DNA of 64,000 nt from an uncultured Planctomycetia bacterium (GTDB taxonomy: Bacteria > Omnitrophota > Gorgyraeia > Gorgyraeales > Gorgyraeaceae), in assembly GCA_964415355.1 (NCBI GenBank), contig CAYPYS010000002.1, forward strand, positions 74,475 through 138,474. The letters are read 5' to 3'. Under the pieces are notes generated by a model. The model saw nothing but the letters and a program-made list of their open reading frames with translations, was not told the origin of the DNA and did not search any database. The translations under genes were made by a program, and so were the position numbers. Positions 1 to 8,827 of this stretch are shown here, piece after piece; position 1 is the stretch's first letter, and every line of letters begins with the position of its first letter.

Positions 1-585
1 TTTATCAAAGAAAGCGCCGGAACGCTCGTAATCAAAATCTTTTAACGACTCTATGCCCTGTTTCTCAGCCCCGTATTTTTTGATCTGCGCGTCGAATATC
101 TGCATTGTCGCTTCAGCGTCACCTAGGGCAGAATGGGCATTGCTGAGTTTCTTGCCGCAGTATAGCTGGTAAGCAGCTGTAAGGTCCCTTTTTTCGTGTA
201 TATGATAGATCTTCTGCGCGTCATATATGTTACGCTCGCGCCAATTAAAATTTAAACCCGCCTCAAAAAACTCGCGTTCCAGCACCGGCAGGTCAAACCT
301 CTCGATATTGAACCCGCCAATATCAGAATCACCTATAAATTCAAGCGCCTCTTTGGCTATATCCTTGAATCGCGGCGCGTGCTTAACGTCATCATCCGTT
401 ATATTGATAACGCGGCTGACTTCAGGCGGGATCGGCATGCCGGGATTGACGCGTTTTAGATAGTCCTGTCTTGAGCCATCAGGCATGAGCTTTATCATGC
501 CGATCTCGACTATTTTATCTTTTTCGATCCATACACCAGTCGTTTCAAGATCGAATACTACCAAAGGATGCCTTGGTTTAATCAT
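1..585 (-). CDS. DnaQ-like 3'-5' exonuclease (DNA polymerase III epsilon family); 3' end runs off the window
   Basis: Manual minus-strand translation gives MIKPRHPLVVFDLETTG (Exo I motif) ... HSALGDAEAT (Exo III H-x4-D). The ATG is rc of 583-585. The ORF is not in the six-frame track because it is incomplete. Confidence 0.6.
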   Translation of the reverse strand, partial: MIKPRHPLVVFDLETTGVWIEKDKIVEIGMIKLMPDGSRQDYLKRVNPGMPIPPEVSRVINITDDDVKHAPRFKDIAKEALEFIGDSDIGGFNIERFDLPVLEREFFEAGLNFNWRERNIYDAQKIYHIHEKRDLTAAYQLYCGKKLSNAHSALGDAEATMQIFDAQIKKYGAEKQGIESLKDFDYERSGAFFDK

Positions 586-590
586 AGTTA

Positions 591-752
591 TTATGTTGTC
601 GCGGCAGGGTCTTCTCGATTCGCAGTTTCTCCCGAATCCGGGTTGGCCTGCATGTTTTTCTTGTCCAGCTTGCGCTGTCTCTTCGCCTCTCTTTTCTTTT
701 TCCTTGCCAGTTCTTTCTGAAACTTTCTATATGAATAGTTATCCCTAGCCAA
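591..752 (-). CDS. Small Lys/Arg-rich ORF (53 aa), TTG start preceded by AAGGAGG
   Basis: Manual translation: M(TTG)ARDNYSYRKFQKELARKKKREAKRQRKLDKKN... The SD AAGGAGGA sits 4 nt upstream, directly upstream of the exonuclease gene. It could be a leader or small-protein gene. Weak call. Confidence 0.2.
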   Translation of the reverse strand: MARDNYSYRKFQKELARKKKREAKRQRKLDKKNMQANPDSGETANREDPAATT

Positions 753-779
753 TATGTCCTCCTTGTTTAATCTGGATAT

Positions 780-1286
780 TTAGGCGCGTTTTTTCCTGCG
801 CGCGAAAAACGATTTCTTTTTCTTGGCGGTTTTTTTCTTTTTTTCAACACGTTTTTTATTTTTATCGGAACGGGGCTCCTGAGGAAAATTTCTTTCTTTG
901 GGCCTGTTGTCCTGGTTTGCGTTAAACAGGTTGCCTTTTTTTCGCTCTGAAAAGCATTCCTTGCAGTATACCGGACGGCCTGCGCTGGGCTTGAACGGGA
1001 CTTCACATTCTTTACTGCAATCTGCGCAAATGACCCGGGTATAAGTCTTTTCCCTGTGACCGCTGCCATGTCTTGGCCTGTCATGGCGATTGGGGTGTTC
1101 GAAGCGGCGAGGAGGCTTTTGGGAATAATCTTTTTCAAAAGGCCTTTTTGAAGACTGACTTATCAGGATATCCAATTTTTTCTCAACGGCACTCATCTGC
1201 TGCTGAACTTTATTCATAAGGTCAGCTATGATCGGCCCATCCTGCGACGCAGATGATGATTTTTTGCGTTTAAAATATTTTTTCAC
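780..1286 (-). CDS. Hypothetical Lys-rich protein with a C-x2-C-x17-C-x2-C (DksA/TraR-type spacing) zinc finger
   Basis: ORF track, 168 aa. Motif CADCSKECEVPFKPSAGRPVYCKEC. Highly basic K/R-rich C-terminal tail. Confidence 0.5.
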   Translation of the reverse strand: MKKYFKRKKSSSASQDGPIIADLMNKVQQQMSAVEKKLDILISQSSKRPFEKDYSQKPPRRFEHPNRHDRPRHGSGHREKTYTRVICADCSKECEVPFKPSAGRPVYCKECFSERKKGNLFNANQDNRPKERNFPQEPRSDKNKKRVEKKKKTAKKKKSFFARRKKRA

Positions 1287-1363
1287 ATTGCCTCCAATGT
1301 TGATTTGCTGCGTTTTAGCTGCGTATATAGAATACTACCATGAGCTTGTTAAGTCAAGGCGGG

Positions 1364-1394
1364 ACATTTCAACAACGTTAAAGTGTAAAGTTAG
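1364..1394. repeat. R1 palindromic element, 5'-truncated copy
   Basis: acatttcaacaacgttaaagtgtaaagttag. The PfkB-kinase stop (1378-1380) lies inside. Confidence 0.8.
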
Positions 1395-2322
1395 ATAGAA
1401 AAGAATTTACCTGCTTTATGTCTTTTATGCCTTTGCTGGAGCCTGGCTTGGTGCAGATCAAGGCAGATACTGCTGAGGCAAACTCGAGACATGGTTTTAT
1501 GTCGCCAAATACTTTCCTCTCTCCTTTTGTGACTATTTTATGCAGAAGCCCCGCTGTGAAGGCGTCTCCTGCGCCGATCGTGTCAGCTATTTTAACTTTA
1601 AAAGCCGGGCATTTGACTAACTTGCCGCTGGAATCCATGTAAGCAGAGCCTTTGGCTCCGAGCGTCAACACAAATTTGCAGTCAGCCATTTTTTTAAGCT
1701 TCTTCAGGCCTTTTTTCTGATCTTTTTGGCCTGTCAGGAAACGTAAATCTACTTCGCTTATTTTAGCCAGGTCTACCAGTCTTAGTAGATTTAAAACCCT
1801 GCCTTTGACTATTTTTTTATCCTTTATAGCGTAAGGCCTAATGTTTGGGTCAAATGATATAAACACATTTCTTTTCTTGAGATGCTTAATGTATTTTAAG
1901 GCTTCTTCGTAGGTTTCCTTTTGATATGAAAAGCTTGAGCCAAAATGGAAGCATTTGCAGGTATTTAATATCTCTCTCGGGGCATTTTTTAGCGGGACAA
2001 TCGAATCCTTGGCAGCATTTTTATAAAAGACATATTTTGAATTACCTGATTTATCAATGCTTGCTATGGCGAGCGAGGTGTGGATACCAGGGTCTTCGAT
2101 TAGGCCTTTTGTATTAACCCCGCATGATCTTAAGGACCTGACCGCGAATTCTCCCAGGGGATCCTTGCCGATCTTTGACAGCATAGCTGTTTTAAGGCCT
2201 AATTTCGCGCTTATTAAAGCCGAATTAGTAATAGAGCCGCCTGCAGAAGCCGTGAATCTTAGCTTATTTTTATCCTGGATGAGGTCTATAGAGGTGCCGC
2301 CTAAGAAGAGAACATCTATCAT
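1378..2322 (-). CDS. PfkB-family carbohydrate kinase (ribokinase/fructokinase-like)
   Basis: 314 aa. N-terminal GG motif region and C-terminal DTIGAGDAF PfkB signature. Confidence 0.75.
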   Translation of the reverse strand: MIDVLFLGGTSIDLIQDKNKLRFTASAGGSITNSALISAKLGLKTAMLSKIGKDPLGEFAVRSLRSCGVNTKGLIEDPGIHTSLAIASIDKSGNSKYVFYKNAAKDSIVPLKNAPREILNTCKCFHFGSSFSYQKETYEEALKYIKHLKKRNVFISFDPNIRPYAIKDKKIVKGRVLNLLRLVDLAKISEVDLRFLTGQKDQKKGLKKLKKMADCKFVLTLGAKGSAYMDSSGKLVKCPAFKVKIADTIGAGDAFTAGLLHKIVTKGERKVFGDIKPCLEFASAVSALICTKPGSSKGIKDIKQVNSFLSNFTL

Positions 2323-2330
2323 ATAACTCG

Positions 2331-2369
2331 CTAACTTTACATTTCAACAACGTTAAAATGTAAAGTTAG
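2331..2369. repeat. R1 palindromic element
   Basis: ctaactttacatttcaacaacgttaaaatgtaaagttag. Confidence 0.9.
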
Positions 2370-2380
2370 CTTATTTTGTT

Positions 2381-2719
2381 CTATGTTAAGAAATCCAGAA
2401 GATGCCGGCTAAAAAGCAGGAATATCAGCATCACGAGGACAATGATAATGCCGTATAACATCAAAAAGAGATGAGAATGAACAGTGTTTTTTAATAAAGC
2501 ACTGTAGTTTTCTCTTCTTGTCTCGTCGTAACGTGATAACTTGATCCTTTCGTCTCTGGATAAGCCGGGAAAATATGGTTTCCAGTGACGGCATTCATGT
2601 TTTCCTTTGTACCAACGATCAGAGCGCAAGCATTCGATCAGTAAGTTGGTTCCTCTGCCGAATTTGTTATGGCCTTTAAAGTTGCAATTTGCGCAAGATG
2701 TTAATGAAAGCCGACCCAT
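2381..2719 (-). CDS. Hypothetical Cys/His-rich protein with a C-terminal transmembrane segment
   Basis: ORF track, 112 aa. CANCNFKGH...HECRHW, then a hydrophobic tail LFLMLYGIIIVLVMLIFLLF. Confidence 0.35.
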   Translation of the reverse strand: MGRLSLTSCANCNFKGHNKFGRGTNLLIECLRSDRWYKGKHECRHWKPYFPGLSRDERIKLSRYDETRRENYSALLKNTVHSHLFLMLYGIIIVLVMLIFLLFSRHLLDFLT

Positions 2720-2750
2720 ATAATTTTAGCTAATGTATCCCAGGGTTATG

Positions 2751-2918
2751 TTATTTCTTTTTTCCTACCAAAAAATACAGAATCATTCCTACCACAGGTA
2801 ATACTAAGACCAAAACGACCCATAATGCCTTTTTGCCGGCGCTCATGGAGCTTTTTACCGCGTCTACAATAGCAATGATGTCTAGCACTACAATTATCAA
2901 TCCTAATAATCCGCCCAT
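2751..2918 (-). CDS. Small membrane protein (55 aa), PLD-nuclease N-terminal-domain-like
   Basis: Manual translation: MGGLLGLIIVVLDIIAIVDAVKSSMSAGKKALWVVLVLVLPVVGMILYFLVGKKK. GGAGG lies 5 nt upstream of the ATG. More plausible than the overlapping 81-aa track ORF 2746-2991. Confidence 0.45.
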   Translation of the reverse strand: MGGLLGLIIVVLDIIAIVDAVKSSMSAGKKALWVVLVLVLPVVGMILYFLVGKKK

Positions 2919-2941
2919 TTCCGCCTCCTTTTTTGGCTTTA

Positions 2942-3490
2942 TTAACGGCCTTCGTTTTCGTGTACAAGCTCGGCCAAATTCTCAAGGTCAAATTTAAAGG
3001 TCTTGTATTTGCCGCCTTTTTGCATGCTCATTAGCTGTACCCATAACTTGTATTTTTTGCCATCAACTACCTTGTCCGGCGGGATATCGAATAGCATGAG
3101 TTCCCTGGTCAAGGTACCTTTTGCTTTTTTGGTCTCTTTTCCTGAGCCAAAGGTTATAAATCCCTTGTCTTTTTTACTTGTCGGGTATGGCTCCTCATCT
3201 ACTACACCCTGGACGAGTATGGTCTTTGATTCGATGCTCAGGCGCCCTAATCTAGGCCCTACTATTATCGCATTGTGGATCTTTGGCTTTGTCTTGTACA
3301 TCCTGCCCGTTATCTTGGCTTCCAGGATATTTCCTTTTAGGTATGCTTCTACGGCGACTGTTTGTTTTTTGAACTCTTTGGCTTCTCTTAGCATTAGTAT
3401 AGGCTCGTCCTGCGCTTGCAGCACTGTCACCAGGCACGGTACGGATGATATTATGACGATAACCGCTAATAATAATGATATTTTTTTCAT
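2942..3490 (-). CDS. Secreted hypothetical protein (signal peptide)
   Basis: 182 aa. MKKISLLLAVIVIISSVPCLVTVLQAQ signal peptide. No recognisable catalytic motif. Confidence 0.5.
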   Translation of the reverse strand: MKKISLLLAVIVIISSVPCLVTVLQAQDEPILMLREAKEFKKQTVAVEAYLKGNILEAKITGRMYKTKPKIHNAIIVGPRLGRLSIESKTILVQGVVDEEPYPTSKKDKGFITFGSGKETKKAKGTLTRELMLFDIPPDKVVDGKKYKLWVQLMSMQKGGKYKTFKFDLENLAELVHENEGR

Positions 3491-3500
3491 CGCGCCCCCT

Positions 3501-3701
3501 TTATTTTTTAGAATATTTTAATACGAAAAATAAGAATGCGGCAGCCCATACGAGCATGAGGATCGTGGATATGTTTATTATAAAGCATTGCCGGGTCGAA
3601 CAAGCCATTTTTAGAAACAATATATTTACCAGGACAAGAATGCCTAGCAAAGCAACTATAGTGACCCACAACGCCTTGAATATTCTGGTTTTATTTTTCA
3701 T
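3501..3701 (-). CDS. Small two-TM membrane protein
   Basis: 66 aa, two hydrophobic helices. Overlaps the upstream gene by 11 nt, suggesting operon coupling. Confidence 0.35.
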   Translation of the reverse strand: MKNKTRIFKALWVTIVALLGILVLVNILFLKMACSTRQCFIINISTILMLVWAAAFLFFVLKYSKK

Positions 3702-4419
3702 CTTCAGAGCTATTGAACAAGCTTTTTATTTCCTCAAAGGCCTTTTTAAACACATTTTTGCTTTCGCCTAATACATCAGAGGCGAGATCTTCGAATCCAT
3801 CAAAGTCCGAGAACGTGTTTAAAGCAGTGCTTATCACAGCCTTCGCTATTATTATCTTCATTATTGCGTCGGTATTTTTTATATTTTTATACCTTGCGTT
3901 TATGTTGATGTCAAACTCCGTGATGACGGGTTTTCCTCCGAAAGAGTAATCTTTATATATTACTTTGCCCATCTTAAGATGCAGGTTGTCTATTTGCAGG
4001 CTTCGAGGCCCGGAATCTTTTTCTTTTTGCTTTGTGGTTTCTTTTTTCTTTAAGCTTTTTATGTGATCCAGGTTTTTTCTGCCGCTTTTTTTCTTTACTA
4101 TGGTCAGTTCTTTGAGGTCTATCTTTATATTCTCCAGACGGATTTTTCTCTTTAAGATATCCGACAGATTATAATCAATATATATCTCGGGCAGTTCTGC
4201 CATTATCCTGTCGTCGAAGCCTTTCGGGTTTAAAATAAACATATCTTTGATGTCGATAAAATTCTTGGAAAAACTTGTTTTTAATTCGCCTATTTTTATC
4301 CTTAGTCCCGTCTTGTAGGATACGGCGCTTTCAATGGACGCCTTTATTATGGTATCCTTTAAGAGAAAAAGCACAAAGAGAGCGATTGCTAAAATTAGAA
4401 TAAAGCGTATTTTTTTCAT
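3691..4419 (-). CDS. Membrane-anchored hypothetical protein (N-terminal TM, AsmA/DUF748-like size and composition)
   Basis: 242 aa. N-terminal MKKIRFILILAIALFVLFLL anchor. Confidence 0.45.
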   Translation of the reverse strand: MKKIRFILILAIALFVLFLLKDTIIKASIESAVSYKTGLRIKIGELKTSFSKNFIDIKDMFILNPKGFDDRIMAELPEIYIDYNLSDILKRKIRLENIKIDLKELTIVKKKSGRKNLDHIKSLKKKETTKQKEKDSGPRSLQIDNLHLKMGKVIYKDYSFGGKPVITEFDININARYKNIKNTDAIMKIIIAKAVISTALNTFSDFDGFEDLASDVLGESKNVFKKAFEEIKSLFNSSEDEK

Positions 4420-4432
4420 TATCTGAGTTTTG

Positions 4433-4786
4433 TCAGAAAAGTCGTTTTTTTAAGAGTTTTACCCCTATTTCATATGCCGGGTCTTCCGCGTCATCTCTTG
4501 CGGTAAGCTCTTCGAACCACATTACCTTTGCCTTGGATGACAGGGATCCATTGCTATTAGGATCTTCTATTTCCAGTTCAACCGTATGCCCTTTCTGGAT
4601 CTTTTTGTCCACGGGGAACCTTAGGCCATTTCGGGAGATATTTTTTGTTATGCTTTCGCCTCGAGAATCTGACTCGGGATCGAAATATTTTAGCTTCAGC
4701 AGGGCGTCGTATCTCTTCGCGGATCTGCGATCGTCGACAAACCTTTCTTCTCGTTTTGTTTTAAATAACCTTGATGGTATTCTCAT
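4433..4786 (-). CDS. PilZ-domain protein (c-di-GMP receptor)
   Basis: RRSAKR (RxxxR) and NISRNG ([D/N]xSxxG) PilZ motifs. Confidence 0.7.
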   Translation of the reverse strand: MRIPSRLFKTKREERFVDDRRSAKRYDALLKLKYFDPESDSRGESITKNISRNGLRFPVDKKIQKGHTVELEIEDPNSNGSLSSKAKVMWFEELTARDDAEDPAYEIGVKLLKKRLF

Positions 4787-4799
4787 GTTTTACCTTGTT

Positions 4800-4838
4800 C
4801 TAACTTTACACTTTAACGTTGTTGAAATGTAAAGTTAG
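4800..4838. repeat. R1 palindromic element
   Basis: ctaactttacactttaacgttgttgaaatgtaaagttag. Lies between two PilZ genes and contains the stop of 4835-5173. Confidence 0.9.
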
Positions 4839-5173
4839 AGGTTATTGATGAGTCTGCTTATGTAAAGTAGTTGCCTATCCAGGAACTTTATGCCAGCTTC
4901 AAAATGTTCCTCGCTCTCTTTGCTCATAGGCTCATCCCAGATCCAGACTACCTTCCCCCTGCAGCGCGCTTTTATATCCGAGTTATACCTGAATATTTCC
5001 ATATCCAGCGTGGTTCCCGGAGATAGGCTTTTTAAAAGAGACATCCTGACCCCACCCGCGCTGATATTCTTTGTGGTTGTGCAGAATTCCCTATTGCTTC
5101 CAACGGGGCTATACCTTACTGCTAATTCTTTGTCCAGACGTTCGAAGATTCGGCTGTCTGTACTGATACGCAT
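4835..5173 (-). CDS. PilZ-domain protein
   Basis: RIFER (RxxxR) and NISAGG motifs. Stop codon lies inside the R1 repeat. Confidence 0.7.
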   Translation of the reverse strand: MRISTDSRIFERLDKELAVRYSPVGSNREFCTTTKNISAGGVRMSLLKSLSPGTTLDMEIFRYNSDIKARCRGKVVWIWDEPMSKESEEHFEAGIKFLDRQLLYISRLINNL

Positions 5174-5610
5174 GCACTCCCCCTTTCTTTGAACAGCTTT
5201 TCTACTTTGAATTTATTTATTGCCCTGAAAGAGAAAAAATATGCAAATGGAGATACAGTGGGATTGACCAATTGATCAATAAAGATATGCAGGGCCAGGC
5301 TCATGGTCGCGTATATCCATAAGATGTTTAGATCGAACCTGAAGATGAGCAGCCATGATATGAGCACTATTTCATATGAATGCAGGAAAATCACTATTTT
5401 GTCAAAATTCTTGTAACTGTCCCTGCACTCGACGTATATTTTTTTGAGATCGAAACCCAGGCCGCGTTCTCTGACATAATCTATATAGTGATCGATGTCT
5501 ATAAGCACGCCTGCCGAGAGAAACATAAAGAAACCGGGCACAGACTGAGTGGCTTTATAAAGTATGCTTCCCAGGGTCAGCGTGATTATGGAATGTCCAA
5601 TAACACTCAT
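5122..5610 (-). CDS. Integral membrane protein, possible YdjM/DUF457-type metal-dependent hydrolase
   Basis: 162 aa, His-rich TM helices (GHS..., LHIFID). 3' end overlaps the PilZ gene by 52 nt. Confidence 0.4.
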   Translation of the reverse strand: MSVIGHSIITLTLGSILYKATQSVPGFFMFLSAGVLIDIDHYIDYVRERGLGFDLKKIYVECRDSYKNFDKIVIFLHSYEIVLISWLLIFRFDLNILWIYATMSLALHIFIDQLVNPTVSPFAYFFSFRAINKFKVEKLFKERGSACVSVQTAESSNVWTKN

Positions 5611-6527
5611 TCTAGTTTTGTGCCGTCATAAGGACAATAGTTGGTCTTGCCCGAGTAGATTTTTCTGCAGACAGGACACATTACCTTAAGAGGCTGTTCT
5701 TTGTTGGGCTCAGACGCTAAATTTGTAATTTTTTGCTCTTCAGATCGAGAAGATGGTGTTGCTGGTTTTTGCTCAGGGTCATTGTCAGCTTTATTTATTA
5801 TTTCCGGTATCTCGTTTTTTAGCATTTTTATTCTCTGTGACGCGTAGGGGTGGGTGCGTAAAAATAAAATGCCCTTTCCGCCCTTATCTTTTTTTTCCAG
5901 TTTTTCAAGGAATGTTATCATGGCGTTGGGATCGTAACCGGCTTTGTACGCATATTTTACCCCAAGCCTGTCTGACAGGAGCTCGTCTTCCCTGGAATAA
6001 CCGAGCATGATCAGATTGTAGCTGATAGAGGCCGCTTGTCGCAATTCCCCTAGTCCTGCCTTTTGGGCGGCGATGTTCATTAATATGTCGTATCCGATTT
6101 TAGCCTGAAGTTTTTTAACTATATGACGCGCTGCGACGTGTCCGATTTCATGGCCTACCACGCAGGCGAGTTCGTTGTCAGTGGATTCTTCGATAAGACC
6201 TGAGTTTACGTAGATATAGCCGCCTGGTGTCGCAAAGGCATTGAGTTCCTCGTCTTCTATAACAGAAAAATTATACCTTAGATCTTTTCGGTCCGATACC
6301 TTGGCTAATTCAGAACCTATTTTATTTAGTCGTTTTATTTTTTTCTGGTCGTTGCTTATTTTGTACTGCGTTGATACTTTGGTGGCGACTGCTTTTCCTA
6401 AAGAGACCTCAGCGGGGGTGCCTATGAAGATAAACTCGTTCTGGCCGGTTGCGGGGTTATATATGGTGGCGCAGCCCGATAAAGCGAATGAAGTTGCCAA
6501 TAATAATATTAGACAACACTTTGACAT
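5607..6527 (-). CDS. M48-family Zn-metallopeptidase lipoprotein (BepA/YcaL-like) with a C-terminal zinc ribbon
   Basis: Lipobox LSGC. HEIGH in VVGHEIGHVAARH. C-terminal CPVCRKIYSGKTNYCPYDGTKLE. Confidence 0.8.
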   Translation of the reverse strand: MSKCCLILLLATSFALSGCATIYNPATGQNEFIFIGTPAEVSLGKAVATKVSTQYKISNDQKKIKRLNKIGSELAKVSDRKDLRYNFSVIEDEELNAFATPGGYIYVNSGLIEESTDNELACVVGHEIGHVAARHIVKKLQAKIGYDILMNIAAQKAGLGELRQAASISYNLIMLGYSREDELLSDRLGVKYAYKAGYDPNAMITFLEKLEKKDKGGKGILFLRTHPYASQRIKMLKNEIPEIINKADNDPEQKPATPSSRSEEQKITNLASEPNKEQPLKVMCPVCRKIYSGKTNYCPYDGTKLE

Positions 6528-6567
6528 ATTTGCAACACCTTTGATGGTAGGTTACAAATCCGCTTGC

Positions 6568-6606
6568 CTAACTTTACATTTCAACAACGTTAAAGTGTAA
6601 AGTTAG
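6568..6606. repeat. R1 palindromic element
   Basis: ctaactttacatttcaacaacgttaaagtgtaaagttag. Confidence 0.9.
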
Positions 6607-6608
6607 CT

Positions 6609-7061
6609 TTATGCTGTTAGCAATTTTTGAACTATTGAGGTGACTAGTTTTCCGTCAGCCTGCCCTTTTAACTCCTGCATGGTTAATTTCATTACCTTGC
6701 CAAAGTCGGATTTTGAACGTGCTCCTGTCTCGGCTATGATCTTTTTTATTATCTCTTCGACCTTGTCGTCTCCCAGCTGTTCAGGCAGATACGATTTAAG
6801 TATCTTGAGTTCCTTTGTCTCTTTTTCAGCCAGGTCAGCCCTGTCCCCTTTTTTAAAGCTTTCAATGGAATCATTTCGCTGCTTTGCCTGTTTTGATAGC
6901 ACCTTGATTACGTCCTGATCTTCAAGCGCGCCTACCTTTTTTTCGATAGCAAGGTTTTTCATCGAGGCGATCATCATGCGGAGCGTCGAGGTGCGGAGCT
7001 GGTCTTTATTTTTAATAGAATCCTTAAGGTCATTCGTTATTTTTTGTTCAAGTTTTCCCAT
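6609..7061 (-). CDS. GatB/YqeY-domain protein
   Basis: 150 aa. Typical YqeY length and charged helical composition (…LRMMIASMKN…). Confidence 0.65.
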   Translation of the reverse strand: MGKLEQKITNDLKDSIKNKDQLRTSTLRMMIASMKNLAIEKKVGALEDQDVIKVLSKQAKQRNDSIESFKKGDRADLAEKETKELKILKSYLPEQLGDDKVEEIIKKIIAETGARSKSDFGKVMKLTMQELKGQADGKLVTSIVQKLLTA

Positions 7062-7077
7062 TCAGGACCTCTCTTTT

Positions 7078-7488
7078 TTATTTATTAGCTTTTGAAGGCG
7101 CCTTTATCTTCAGGCTATCCAGCTCGCTCAGTTTTCCTACCTTTTTATACATCAGATCGCATAAAAACCTTAGAAAGGTATTTTTGTTGTCTTCTTCAAC
7201 ATCGCTAAATTCAATTCCGGCTCCGTAAGACGGACCTTTATTAGTACCGATCTCTTTTGACCACATCACTATACCGTTTAGATGGGCCGGATTCAGCGCG
7301 CCCGGGATAAATATTTTTAACATCAGCTTGTTGCCGTTTTCCAGCTTTTCTTCCGTTAAGAGCTGTAATCCCCCGGCGCTTACGTCTTTAGTTATCCCTG
7401 TTCTTTCAAGCTTAATATCCTTCTTTTGGACGATAAAATTTACTTTCAGGGAGATATCGAACCTTATAAATCTTCTTTTCTCTTTCAT
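7078..7488 (-). CDS. PilZ-domain protein
   Basis: RRFIR and DVSAGG motifs. Confidence 0.7.
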   Translation of the reverse strand: MKEKRRFIRFDISLKVNFIVQKKDIKLERTGITKDVSAGGLQLLTEEKLENGNKLMLKIFIPGALNPAHLNGIVMWSKEIGTNKGPSYGAGIEFSDVEEDNKNTFLRFLCDLMYKKVGKLSELDSLKIKAPSKANK

Positions 7489-7490
7489 GG

Positions 7491-7982
7491 TCAGCTCACT
7501 TCCTTTATTGTTAGTTTCGGGCGAGCAATAGATTTGTATATCACCCCAGCCTCTTTAAAAAGAGGCAAAAAACTTTTATCCGCATACTCGCCGCAGGTTA
7601 TAAAACTTTTCACCTTTGCGTTTACGATCATTTTGGCGCACAATATGCAAGGAGAATGAGTGCAATAAATAGTACTACCATCTATATTAATGCCATGAAG
7701 ACCTGCTTGTATTATAGCGTTCTGCTCTGCGTGTATCGCGCGGCATATTTCGTGCCTTTCGCCTGAAGGTATGCCTTTTTCATTTCTCAGGCAGCCGAGT
7801 TTCAGGCAATCTTTTACCCCTCTCGCGGCCCCGTTGTATCCCGTAGTGAGTATGTGCTTGTCCCTGACGATCACTGCGCCCACGTGATGCCTGCGGCATG
7901 TGGAACGCTCTGCGACCAGAAAAGACATCTTTAAAAAATATTCATCCCAATCAGGTCTTTGGATTCTTTTCGATCGCTTCAT
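7491..7982 (-). CDS. dCMP (deoxycytidylate) deaminase, ComEB-like
   Basis: HAEQNAI and PCILCAKMI zinc-binding motifs. N-terminal RPDWDEYF. Confidence 0.8.
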   Translation of the reverse strand: MKRSKRIQRPDWDEYFLKMSFLVAERSTCRRHHVGAVIVRDKHILTTGYNGAARGVKDCLKLGCLRNEKGIPSGERHEICRAIHAEQNAIIQAGLHGINIDGSTIYCTHSPCILCAKMIVNAKVKSFITCGEYADKSFLPLFKEAGVIYKSIARPKLTIKEVS

Positions 7983-8499
7983 CTATCTTTCTGCGGAATT
8001 CTTTCAGCCCGGAGTCGTTTACGATGATCACATCGGCCATGCCCAGGCATTTTCTAAGCTGCTGGTTATTTTTTTCTTCCTTGTTTTCTTTTTCTTCTTT
8101 TTTAATAAATTCTTCCAGGGTTTTTGCGTCTCCGGGCCTTTTTCTCTTCAAGCCTCTTTCGTGCCTTAATTTTACAGGCGCGTTTACCCCTATTAATACA
8201 AAATCATCCAGTTTTCTGAGCTCAGCTATCTCTTCCGGGTTTCTTATGGAGTCGACTACATGGTCTTCTTTTTTTAGCAGCTCTTCTTTTATTCTGACCG
8301 CTAAGCAGGAAGGCCCGAATTCTTCCCTGAGCTCATTTCCTAATCTTATAAGGTTTTCGCGCAGGGGTTCTATTTTTCTTTTTATCGCCTCATCTCTTAA
8401 TACATCTGAAAGAGAATGATAAAGAAACCCCTTGGATTTTATATAAAGAGCAGCTTCGCCTTTTCCCGAAGCATTAGGACCGGTGAGTCCTATGATCAT
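7951..8499 (-). CDS. P-loop nucleotide/nucleoside kinase (dephospho-CoA-kinase-like fold)
   Basis: Walker A GLTGPNASGKGE at the N-terminus, 182 aa. Overlaps the deaminase gene by 32 nt. Confidence 0.5.
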   Translation of the reverse strand: MIIGLTGPNASGKGEAALYIKSKGFLYHSLSDVLRDEAIKRKIEPLRENLIRLGNELREEFGPSCLAVRIKEELLKKEDHVVDSIRNPEEIAELRKLDDFVLIGVNAPVKLRHERGLKRKRPGDAKTLEEFIKKEEKENKEEKNNQQLRKCLGMADVIIVNDSGLKEFRRKIDEAIEKNPKT

Positions 8500-8500
8500 G

Positions 8501-8827
8501 CTATTTCACTGTTGAGCCTGGCGAAATGTCTTTGTCAGGAGAAAGGACTACTATTTTTTCGCTGTCAGAAGCCGCTAGCACCATGCCCTTACTTTCGACG
8601 CCACGAATCGTAGCAGGCTCTATGTTTTCGACCACAGCCACTAGTTTTTCCTTTAGATCTTCCGGCTTATAAGACTTTTTTATCCCTGCGACTACTTCTC
8701 TTTCTTCTGAGCCCAGGTCTATCTTTAGGATATAAAGCTTATCGGCATTAGGGTGGTCTTTTACCTCTTTTATTCTGGCTATTTTTATGTTCAGTTTCTT
8801 GAATTCCTCAAATGGAATCATGATCAT
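8501..8827 (-). CDS. tRNA-binding domain protein (CsaA/Trbp111/EMAP-like)
   Basis: KDHPNADKLYILKIDLG ... GMVLAASD. Start reassigned to MIMIPFEEF (ATG at 8827), giving an ATGA overlap with the upstream PilZ stop. Confidence 0.7.
   Translation of the reverse strand: MIMIPFEEFKKLNIKIARIKEVKDHPNADKLYILKIDLGSEEREVVAGIKKSYKPEDLKEKLVAVVENIEPATIRGVESKGMVLAASDSEKIVVLSPDKDISPGSTVK

Noticed and set aside
767-1138. 123-aa minus-strand ORF in an alternative frame overlapping ORF 780-1286
   Set aside because: It is entirely nested in a longer ORF with a recognisable zinc-finger motif. Its composition is an artefact of the Lys-codon-rich region.
2746-2991. 81-aa minus-strand track ORF (MTLRIWPSLY…)
   Set aside because: Arg/Cys-rich composition typical of an out-of-frame reading. 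A different frame gives a well-formed small membrane protein with an SD (2751-2918).
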